64,000 nt of DNA, taken from contig JBEKDT010000014.1 of the NCBI GenBank assembly GCA_050014195.1, positions 1 through 64,000 of the forward strand, read 5' to 3'. The first letter of the stretch is position 1. Each line of letters opens with the position of its first letter. The notes beneath the pieces were generated by a model that saw nothing but the letters and a program-made list of their open reading frames with translations, had not been told where the DNA came from and searched no databases. Source of the stretch: Desulfomonilia bacterium. Lineage in GTDB: Bacteria > Desulfobacterota > Desulfomonilia > UBA1062. Shown one piece after another: positions 20,419-28,380 of this stretch. The position numbers and the translations under genes are program-made.

Positions 20419-21495
20419 ATGAGAATCATTGCCGTTATAAATCAGAAGGGTGGGTGTGGCAAGACTACTACCAGCATAAACCTCGGGGCATGCCTGGCTA
20501 AGTTGAAGAAAAGGGTTCTTGTGGTGGATCTTGACCCTCAGGCCCATGCCACATTGGGTTTCGGAATCAACCCAGGTGAATATCAGAAGAGCATCTATGA
20601 TCTTCTAATTGGGAAAGAGAAGGGAACGGTCTTCACGAGTGATGTCATCATGAACCTGGCCCAGAACCTCGACCTGATCCCTTCGGATGTCATGCTCAGT
20701 GCCGCCGAGCCCATCCTGCTTCAGAGAGATCACCGCGAATATTCTCTGGCTGATATCCTTAAACCCTTGTCCGAAAAGTATGATTTCATCATAATCGATT
20801 GTCCCCCGAATATCGGAATCCTCACGTTCAATGCCTTGTATGCATGCACCGAGGCGATCATCCCCATGGAAAGCGGCCTGTTTGCCCTCCATGGTCTGGC
20901 AAAGCTCCTGGAGACCATCCATCTGGTAAATATGAAGAGGGCTATCAGTATCTCTGCATATGCCCTTGCCACCATGTACGACCGCAGGACGAAAATCGCC
21001 TATGAGTCCTTGGAAGAGCTCAGGAAGCATATGCATGGGCACGTGTACAAGACGGTCATCAATGTTAATGTGAAACTGAAGGAGGCTGCGGGATACGGAG
21101 AGTCCATTATCATGTACGCCAGGAACTCCCCCGGCGCCAAAGACTACCAGAGCCTTGCAAAAGAGATTATGTCCATCAAGAAGCTCAAGAAGGTGAGGAT
21201 AGAAGAGGATGAGAAAATCCTCAAACCAATGGTCACGAAAGACGGCGTGTTGTTCACATACTATTCTCCGAAGGCCTCCCGGGTATATGTAGTGGCTGAT
21301 TTCAACGACTGGAATATGGATGGGCTCCCCATGGTCAATATTGAAGGTACCGGCATGTGGCAGAGGATTGTTCCCCTCAAGAAGGGCACATATGAATATA
21401 AATTCTATGTCGACGGCCACTGGGTGAGCGATCCCAATAATCCGGACAAGTTGAAAAACGAGTTCGGTGAGAACTCCCTTATTGAGATCGACTGA
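20419..21495 (+). CDS. ParA/Soj-family ATPase fused to C-terminal CBM48/AMPK-beta-type glycogen-binding domain
   Basis: Deviant Walker A NQKGGCGKTT, DLDPQ, IIIDCPP, TMYDRRT; last ~85 aa: FTYYSPKA..V.V.ADFNDW...M...GMW...VPL..G.YEYKFYVDG.W.SDP.NP......G.NS. Confidence 0.9.
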   Translation: MRIIAVINQKGGCGKTTTSINLGACLAKLKKRVLVVDLDPQAHATLGFGINPGEYQKSIYDLLIGKEKGTVFTSDVIMNLAQNLDLIPSDVMLSAAEPILLQRDHREYSLADILKPLSEKYDFIIIDCPPNIGILTFNALYACTEAIIPMESGLFALHGLAKLLETIHLVNMKRAISISAYALATMYDRRTKIAYESLEELRKHMHGHVYKTVINVNVKLKEAAGYGESIIMYARNSPGAKDYQSLAKEIMSIKKLKKVRIEEDEKILKPMVTKDGVLFTYYSPKASRVYVVADFNDWNMDGLPMVNIEGTGMWQRIVPLKKGTYEYKFYVDGHWVSDPNNPDKLKNEFGENSLIEID

Positions 21496-21497
21496 CC

Positions 21498-22337
21498 ATG
21501 AAGGAGCGGCCCAAGCTGGGGAGAGGGCTACCGGATGTATCAAAGTTTTTTCTGAGTGATGCCTCACACCAAGAACAGAATGCAGGGGAAGTTACATGCT
21601 CGACTTTTGCACCGGAATCCCTCTATATCTGTTCCCCCGGATCGCCGCTGATCCAATCCATAGTCACGGCGAATCTCGCCCTGGAGCTTGCAAGGCACGG
21701 CCACCGTGTACGTATACAAGATTTTTCCACATCCAATGAGACTCGCCTGTCGACCCTGATGGGTTCAATACTTTTCCGTGATGATAGAGACCCGGGCAAG
21801 GCCTTTGTGAGGCTTTACGGGCTGCCGGAGATCATGATAGAAGACGGCTTTTCGGGAGACCTTGGGAAAGAAAAGGAATCTCCTCATGAGGCTGAGCCTT
21901 ATAGGGATGATACAGGCAGTTTGACCCTGGTGAATGCACCCGTTTTACTTGACTTCATCCAGGGAAGGGCTCCATCCGATGAATACATCATCCTCACCAT
22001 GACCGATGAGAAGTCTCTGCTTAAGTGTTATGCCTATATCAAGGTCATTCATGCGCACGGTGAATCAAGCAGGGTTCACGTGGTCTTTGACGATGCGGTC
22101 AATGGAATAAACTCTGATACCGTTTTCAGGAAGTTTGCAGGATTTATCAATGAGCGCCTCGGGTTCGAAGTAGATTATTTCGGCAGCCTTCTTCATGATG
22201 AGCACCTTGAGCGCTCTATCTCCGAAGAAAGGCCGCTCGTGCTCTTTGACGGCATCTCCATTACAAAAGATGCACTCATCAGGATCTGTTCCCTCTTATT
22301 GGAAGGCTACAAAGAAGGCAGGTTAACAGAGCCATGA
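21498..22337 (+). CDS. MinD/FlhG-like protein with degenerate P-loop and N-terminal LGRGL peptide
   Basis: ANLALELARHGHRV, S...CYAYIK, YFG.L.HD..L..SI..ERP resemble FlhG/FleN; Walker A position reads SPGSPLIQS; N-terminus KLGRGL. Confidence 0.7.
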   Translation: MKERPKLGRGLPDVSKFFLSDASHQEQNAGEVTCSTFAPESLYICSPGSPLIQSIVTANLALELARHGHRVRIQDFSTSNETRLSTLMGSILFRDDRDPGKAFVRLYGLPEIMIEDGFSGDLGKEKESPHEAEPYRDDTGSLTLVNAPVLLDFIQGRAPSDEYIILTMTDEKSLLKCYAYIKVIHAHGESSRVHVVFDDAVNGINSDTVFRKFAGFINERLGFEVDYFGSLLHDEHLERSISEERPLVLFDGISITKDALIRICSLLLEGYKEGRLTEP

Positions 22338-22903
22338 TGCGTCTGCTGAAACCTGTTGATATAACCGACCCGGCCCGGGTCATCAGGTTATGCGCTCAGT
22401 GGATCAAGGAAGGACTGGGCTTGAAAATCGTAGAGTACCGAATCGGGAACACCTTTACCGGGAGCATTGATATCCTGGCCACAGACTCAAGCAAGATCTA
22501 TCTGGTCACCATTAATACCGATAGGCTCAGTGATGCCCTGCTCGGTGCTCTGAGGGGCTACGGATGGTATATTGAGAACCTGGGTTTCCTCACAAGGATC
22601 TACCAGCCAAGCGAGATCGACTTCTCGCTCCCGCCGGTTCTTATGATCCTCTCCGCATCGTTTCCGCCTGAGATTACTTCCATCCTCCGGCATGGACTGA
22701 AGGCGGATGTGAGGCTGTTCAGATATCTCATCCTTGGTTCCGAAGACGATCCTGACCTTTATGTGGAGGAACTTGGCGGCACCCAGATTGCTGTCGATGC
22801 AGCCCCTTTTGACCCGGCAGCCCTCAAACAGGAGCTCGGGATCGAAGAGGCGGGCCTCACGGATGAGGAGATCAAGGAATTCCTGACAGCCATGAGGACA
22901 TGA
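22334..22903 (+). CDS. Hypothetical protein, inactivated NucS/PD-(D/E)xK-like fold with acidic C-terminal peptide
   Basis: GSIDILATD...LVTIN resembles NucS 'G.iDiLa.D...vviElK'; ATGA overlap with upstream gene. Confidence 0.55.
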   Translation: MMRLLKPVDITDPARVIRLCAQWIKEGLGLKIVEYRIGNTFTGSIDILATDSSKIYLVTINTDRLSDALLGALRGYGWYIENLGFLTRIYQPSEIDFSLPPVLMILSASFPPEITSILRHGLKADVRLFRYLILGSEDDPDLYVEELGGTQIAVDAAPFDPAALKQELGIEEAGLTDEEIKEFLTAMRT

Positions 22904-22992
22904 GAAAAAAAGCGACCGGTGATCAGTCATAAGTGAACGGTGAACAGAGAAAAAGAATGAATAGGGCGGGGCTGGTCCTTAGTCCTTTATTC

Positions 22993-23052
22993 TGTAGGAG
23001 CGGCTTTAGCCGCGACATTCAAAAACGGATCGCGCCTGAAGGCGCTCCTACA
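22993..23052. repeat. GTAG-type REP doublet (REPIN-like)
   Basis: tgtaggagcggctttagccgcga...tcgcgcctgaaggcgctcctaca; partial third copy near 23068; related doublet at 43940. Confidence 0.8.
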
Positions 23053-23103
23053 TTTCGATAGTAATGTTGTAGGAGCGGTCTTTATCAGTGGACAGGCACG
23101 GCC

Positions 23104-23934
23104 TCAAGGCGTTTGACCCTCATTCAAGGATACCCCGTCCTTACTTGGCGATTGAGGACCGCTGCTTGGCTCAGAAGATTTAATCCATTTTGTCCGTATC
23201 TGGTCTTCTAGGCCCTTGTCTTTCACCGCCTGGAGGCCTTGGTTAATCAGGTCGAGGACCGAAGCATTGCCCTTCTTTATTGCTATCCCATAATCCTCTT
23301 TGGGTATTTGCACACCCTCGGGCAATACCCCGTATGTGAGAGCGAACTTGTCTTTGTACTTGTTACAGGTGGCATAATCCACTGCTACAGGTGAGTCGCA
23401 GAGCACGCCATCGATGTAGCCCTTTGACAGATCCTTGAAGGCCTTATCGGTTTCTTCGACCGTATAAAAGGTGATGTTTACCTTTTGGTACAACCTGATG
23501 GCCTCCGCGCCGGTTGTCAGTTTGAAGGCTGCTATGGTTTTTTCCCTGAGGGGTTCTTCTACTTTAGCCTTGGGGACCACGAAGAGTTGTTCTGTCGTGA
23601 AATAGGGCTCGGAGAAATCGAATTTTTCCTTCCTGCCATCCGTGATGCTTATAGAGGCCAGAACGGCATCGTATTTCCCGGCATCGAGACCATTGAAGAT
23701 ATTTTTCCAAGGCACTTCAACAAATTTGACCTTGAAACCGGCTTCATTTCCCATGGCCTTTATCAGGTCGATTTCATATCCTGATATTTTTCCCTTGTTA
23801 TCTTTCATCTCCATAGGCGGCCAGCAGGGGTTGACCGCAACAACGAGCGTTTGAACGGCGAATGCCGGGATACCCGGGAATACGCATAGCAAGATACCCG
23901 CCAATATATAAGTAATCCACCGTTTCATGCCCAT
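23104..23934 (-). CDS. Amino-acid ABC transporter substrate-binding protein (family 3)
   Basis: Signal peptide, WPPME, GYEIDL, SITDGRK..FDFSEPY, YGIAIKKGN; RBS aaggag. Confidence 0.88.
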   Translation of the reverse strand: MGMKRWITYILAGILLCVFPGIPAFAVQTLVVAVNPCWPPMEMKDNKGKISGYEIDLIKAMGNEAGFKVKFVEVPWKNIFNGLDAGKYDAVLASISITDGRKEKFDFSEPYFTTEQLFVVPKAKVEEPLREKTIAAFKLTTGAEAIRLYQKVNITFYTVEETDKAFKDLSKGYIDGVLCDSPVAVDYATCNKYKDKFALTYGVLPEGVQIPKEDYGIAIKKGNASVLDLINQGLQAVKDKGLEDQIRTKWIKSSEPSSGPQSPSKDGVSLNEGQTP

Positions 23935-24131
23935 GAAGAGTTCTCCTTGTAAACAGTATAGTATCAAGCGAAGCAGTGCAAGACAATTCCCTTTTTAACC
24001 GATCTCAAAAAAAATCATGATTTCAAAATACTTTAAGGTTTCGTATCAATTCTTGGTGGATCTATCTTTTCATTTCAAAAGGTATTATTAAAATATAGAT
24101 ATCATCAAACAATTGCCGTGGAGGTCCTCAC

Positions 24132-25106
24132 ATGAGCATCAGTCTGATAGAGAAGCTCTTGGCGCAGATGGGACAGGCATATCATATCCCCATCAGCAGG
24201 CGGGAATTCATAAAGTCTCATGCAAAAGGGGCGCTCCTGGCCACTGCAGCCTCCTCCGGTCTCGTTACACCCCGGATACTCCTTGCCGCAACAGCCCCGG
24301 ATATCGCAATCGCTGTAGGCGACCCTGCTGCGGCCGCGCGGACGGCGGTGAACCTCTTAGGCGGCATGAAGGCCTTTGTGAAGACAGGAGAGAGGGTGGT
24401 GATCAAGCCCAACATGAGCTTTAACGGCTCAATACAGGATGCCACAAACACCCATCCGGAGATCATCCGTGAACTCGTTGCCATGTGCAGAGAGGCCGGT
24501 GCCTCCAAGATCCGGGTACTCGACCATCCATTAAGACCCTCCGAGCAGTGCATCCAGGGGGCAAGGGAGGCGTGCAGCATATTCGGCGACGACATCGTGC
24601 ATGCACTGGACAAGAAGGATTTCTACAAAGAGGTGGAGATCAGCAAGGGGGTATCATTAAAAGAAACCGATGTCATGAGGGATGTCCTGGAGTCCGACGT
24701 CCTCATCTCCGCACCGGTGGCCAAATCCCACGGCAGTACCGGTGTGAGCCTGTCCATGAAGGGCATGATGGGGCTTGTCTTGAACAGGTCCGTCATGCAC
24801 TGGCGCTATAACCTTCATGAGTCTATCGTGGATCTGAGCACCATACTTAAGCCCAAACTTGTTCTCATCGATGCCACCAGGGTCCTTACGACAAATGGTC
24901 CCGGAGGACCGGGTACCGTGATCACACCAAGGACCGTGATAGTTTCCCGCGACATGGTTGCGGCGGATGCAACGGCAGTCCAGATGTTCGAGTGGTACGG
25001 CAAGAAGATGGAGCCCCGCCAGGTACGCCATATCAAACTCGCCCATGAGCGCGGGCTTGGCCGTATGGACATCCAGAATCTCGTAACCAAGAAAGTCGTT
25101 CTTTGA
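24132..25106 (+). CDS. DUF362 family protein with twin-arginine signal
   Basis: SRREFIK Tat motif, VVIKPN, T.PE, P..KSH....S.SMK.MMG, D.VAAD. Confidence 0.85.
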   Translation: MSISLIEKLLAQMGQAYHIPISRREFIKSHAKGALLATAASSGLVTPRILLAATAPDIAIAVGDPAAAARTAVNLLGGMKAFVKTGERVVIKPNMSFNGSIQDATNTHPEIIRELVAMCREAGASKIRVLDHPLRPSEQCIQGAREACSIFGDDIVHALDKKDFYKEVEISKGVSLKETDVMRDVLESDVLISAPVAKSHGSTGVSLSMKGMMGLVLNRSVMHWRYNLHESIVDLSTILKPKLVLIDATRVLTTNGPGGPGTVITPRTVIVSRDMVAADATAVQMFEWYGKKMEPRQVRHIKLAHERGLGRMDIQNLVTKKVVL

Positions 25107-26740
25107 TGATCCTGAACAGGGTCATACAGACTGCAAGCCTCATCTTTTTCCTGGTGCTGCTGTGGTATGCGGCCTTTCCGTTTCTGCTGCCGATTCCGGT
25201 GGACCTCTTCCTCAAGATGGACCCGCTTATGGTGGTAACCACCATCTTTATGACCAGGGGCTTCATAGCGACACTTCTGCCTGGTGCAGTGATTATCGGC
25301 CTCACAATCATTTTCGGCAGGTTTTTCTGTTCCATGGTCTGCCCCTTAGGGACATCCATAGATGTATCGGATAATCTCTTCAGGGTGTCCAAGGTGTCTG
25401 TTAAGGCCAATGCAGCTCCCGGCAAGAAATTGAAGCTCATCAAGTACCTGGGGCTCTGTTTCATCCTTGCCGCCGCCCTGATCGGGGTGTCGCTCACGGC
25501 ATTTGGGGCACCGATACCCATAGTCACACGGTTTTATGGGTTGCTGATCTATCCCATTCTCACTCTCATAGCTGATGCGGGGTTCACAATATTCAGACCG
25601 ATTGCTGATAAGTTCGGCATCACCTCGCTCGCCTATGCAGGCCTGCCTAACCCCGGGTATACCCTCCAGTGGCTTATCTTGGCCCTGCCTGTGGGCATAT
25701 TCGCATTATCATTGAAGACACCTCGCTTCTGGTGCCGCTATCTGTGCCCTGCCGGGGCGATTCTGGCTCTATTGTCTTTGCGTCCGCTGCTCATCAGGCG
25801 CCGGGTATCCGATCAGTGTACCTCATGCGGACTCTGCAGGAGAGAATGCCCCATGGATGCCATCGCCGAGGACCCCCATGCCACGGACTCTTCGGAGTGT
25901 ATTATCTGTCGGAGATGTTCCCGTGTCTGTCCTGAAAAGGCCGTACGCTTTGCTGTTGGGAAAGGGGCCTTTGCACAACAGGCAATCAGGTTCTCCGCCC
26001 TGAGACGTATGATCATCCTGTCGGCTCTGGCCGGCCTCGGCACTGCCTTGATCTCGCGAATAGGGTTGAAGGGCGGGTCTTGCGAAGGCGGCCCGGGGCG
26101 GATAATGGATCCGGCCTTGATCAGACCGCCCGGTGCAGTATCCGAGTGTTCATTCCTGGATCGATGTGTGGGATGTGGCGAGTGTATGAAGACTTGCCCT
26201 ACCAACACCCTGCAACCGGCAGGCCTTGCAGCGGGGCTTGCCGGATTCTTCAGCCCGGTTATGGTCCCCCGCAAGGGTCCGTGCGATCCCACCTGCAATG
26301 CCTGCGGCCATGTATGCCCGACAGAGGCCATCCGGCCCCTTATCCTGGAGGAGAAGAGGCAAGCCAAGGTAGGAAACGCCTCCATTACCCACCAGAAGTG
26401 CATTGCTTGGGAATTCGGCAAGCCCTGCCTGGTGTGTGCCGAGGTCTGCCCCTATGGTGCCATCAGCCTTGAGCGTGTAAGCGGGGTGCCGGTCGCAGTA
26501 CCCGTTGTACAGGAGAACAGGTGCAGCGGATGCGGGTTCTGTGAATACTACTGCCCTGTGCAGGCGAGGGCTGCTATCGTAGTGGAGCCCATGGGCGCAC
26601 TGCGGCTGGATGATGGTTCATACCGTGAAAAGACAAGACAGCTCGGGCTCGCAATCGAGCCTAGGCTGCAGGACATGCCTGAATCGTCGGAGAAGTCTTA
26701 CGGGCCTGAAGGTTCGGTGCCGCCGGGGTTTACGGAGTAG
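25103..26740 (+). CDS. Membrane polyferredoxin (NapH/MauN-like N-terminus fused to NapG/MauM-like domain)
   Basis: GRFFCSMVCPLG and RFWCRYLCPAG motifs, several CxxCxxCxxxCP clusters, LIRPPGA motif; overlaps upstream stop. Confidence 0.88.
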   Translation: MMILNRVIQTASLIFFLVLLWYAAFPFLLPIPVDLFLKMDPLMVVTTIFMTRGFIATLLPGAVIIGLTIIFGRFFCSMVCPLGTSIDVSDNLFRVSKVSVKANAAPGKKLKLIKYLGLCFILAAALIGVSLTAFGAPIPIVTRFYGLLIYPILTLIADAGFTIFRPIADKFGITSLAYAGLPNPGYTLQWLILALPVGIFALSLKTPRFWCRYLCPAGAILALLSLRPLLIRRRVSDQCTSCGLCRRECPMDAIAEDPHATDSSECIICRRCSRVCPEKAVRFAVGKGAFAQQAIRFSALRRMIILSALAGLGTALISRIGLKGGSCEGGPGRIMDPALIRPPGAVSECSFLDRCVGCGECMKTCPTNTLQPAGLAAGLAGFFSPVMVPRKGPCDPTCNACGHVCPTEAIRPLILEEKRQAKVGNASITHQKCIAWEFGKPCLVCAEVCPYGAISLERVSGVPVAVPVVQENRCSGCGFCEYYCPVQARAAIVVEPMGALRLDDGSYREKTRQLGLAIEPRLQDMPESSEKSYGPEGSVPPGFTE

Positions 26741-26878
26741 GGAACGGTTCCGACCATTCCCCCTTTGTCGCAGAATCCCTTAAGCCTTGGCACGGGGATC
26801 TTTACTTGACAGGCCCGATGCCGTATAGGGCAAGGTATTAAAGGAACATGACACATGTGCATGCCCCCGGAGGATTGC

Positions 26879-28252
26879 ATGAGATATAAGATCGGTTTCG
26901 GTTTGCTCCTCATACTCGCGTTCTTGAGCGCGTGCCAGCCGAAGGTCATAATCAATTACTACGCAGTGCCCTCACTCGCCCCGGGAACACGGCCGGAGAT
27001 GAATACCGCCGGGTTCTGGATCGGCCGCAACCCTGATCCGGACGCTGTTATTATGACGGATCAGGACATTGTCGACTTCAATGGGTACATCAAGAAAAAG
27101 ACCAAGTCAGTGCATGATGTCCTTACGCTTTCCGACTCGCGTGACGGCCGGGCACTGGAGAGTTCTCTCCGGAAGATGCTTGCACAGAACCAGGGCTATA
27201 TCGGCGGTGACGGAAAGATGATGACCAAGGAATTCATCCGCGATATGGAGGCCCTGATGGGTCTGGATCGGATCCCATCCACCATCACTGCGCACTGGGC
27301 ATATGTAGTTAGGCCCTCTGATCAGCGGCTTCTGCCCACTGCAAAGCCTTTTTACAAGAGCGAGAGCGATACCGCTATCGACAGACTCCAGAACAGCGCC
27401 CTGGATGCTGCAACACCACTACTTGTTCTCATTGAGAGTGCGGATCATATGTGGGTCTATGCAATATCCGCCAATTCCGAAGGCTGGGTACTTGCGGATA
27501 ATGTCGCCCTATGCCCCAAGGATGAAATGGCTCGATATGAGGCCTGGACAACATTCGTGGTGGCTACCGATGCCAAGGCGGATATCTACGCCGACCCCTG
27601 GCTCAGACAGCACCAGACCTATATTCAGATGGGCGTCAGGCTCGCTGTCCTTAAGGAATGGGATAACGGCGTCATCCAGGTACTTGTCCCTGTGCGCTCG
27701 GACGGCGGCTGGTGTACGTTTGATGCCGCGTTTGTATCCGCTTCCCAGGTCCACCGGGGCAATCTTTCTTACACGCCGCGTAATGCTATTGTCCAGGCCT
27801 TCAAGCTGCTGAACGCCCCCTACGGCTGGGGCGGCATGTATGGAGAGCAGGACTGCTCCCGTTTCATCCAGGAGGTCTTCGCCACTATGGGCATCACGCT
27901 GCCAAGGAACTCCGCCCAACAGGGCAAGGTGGGCAGGCTCATCGCATCCTTTACGAAATCAGACCCCCCGGACGACCGGCAAAGAAAGCTTAGTATGAGT
28001 GCCATGGGTGGTATCACCACGCTCCAGTTTCCCGGACATATCATGCTTTTTCTTGGATCGATCGACGGTGTGCCCTATGCTATCCATGATCTCTATGCCT
28101 TCACCGAACCGGCCCCTCCAAATGAAAGGCTCGTTCCCATCAATCGGGTAGTGGTATCAAGCCTTGCCATCGGTGAAGGCACGAAGAAAGGGTCGCTGCT
28201 TATGCGCCTTGGCAATGTGCGTGAGGTATCCCCCGAGCCGCAGGCGAATTGA
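26879..28252 (+). CDS. NlpC/P60 cell-wall peptidase lipoprotein with SH3 domains
   Basis: Lipobox LSAC, PYGWGG...DCS, LPRNS..Q, GHIML; RBS ggagga. Confidence 0.88.
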   Translation: MRYKIGFGLLLILAFLSACQPKVIINYYAVPSLAPGTRPEMNTAGFWIGRNPDPDAVIMTDQDIVDFNGYIKKKTKSVHDVLTLSDSRDGRALESSLRKMLAQNQGYIGGDGKMMTKEFIRDMEALMGLDRIPSTITAHWAYVVRPSDQRLLPTAKPFYKSESDTAIDRLQNSALDAATPLLVLIESADHMWVYAISANSEGWVLADNVALCPKDEMARYEAWTTFVVATDAKADIYADPWLRQHQTYIQMGVRLAVLKEWDNGVIQVLVPVRSDGGWCTFDAAFVSASQVHRGNLSYTPRNAIVQAFKLLNAPYGWGGMYGEQDCSRFIQEVFATMGITLPRNSAQQGKVGRLIASFTKSDPPDDRQRKLSMSAMGGITTLQFPGHIMLFLGSIDGVPYAIHDLYAFTEPAPPNERLVPINRVVVSSLAIGEGTKKGSLLMRLGNVREVSPEPQAN

Positions 28253-28380
28253 GGTATCGTAAAGCGGATTGATAAATTAAAAAGCCGAGATTTTCCTCCA
28301 TTGACTCTCTATTTCTTTGTACTTATAACATAAGATACAATGTCTTTGTCTTGGATACAAGGACTTGGAGGCTGTCCCGG

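Noticed and set aside
20419-21495. Chromosomal parA/soj of a parABS locus
   Set aside because: No parB follows, no origin-region genes are nearby, and there is an extra CBM48 domain.
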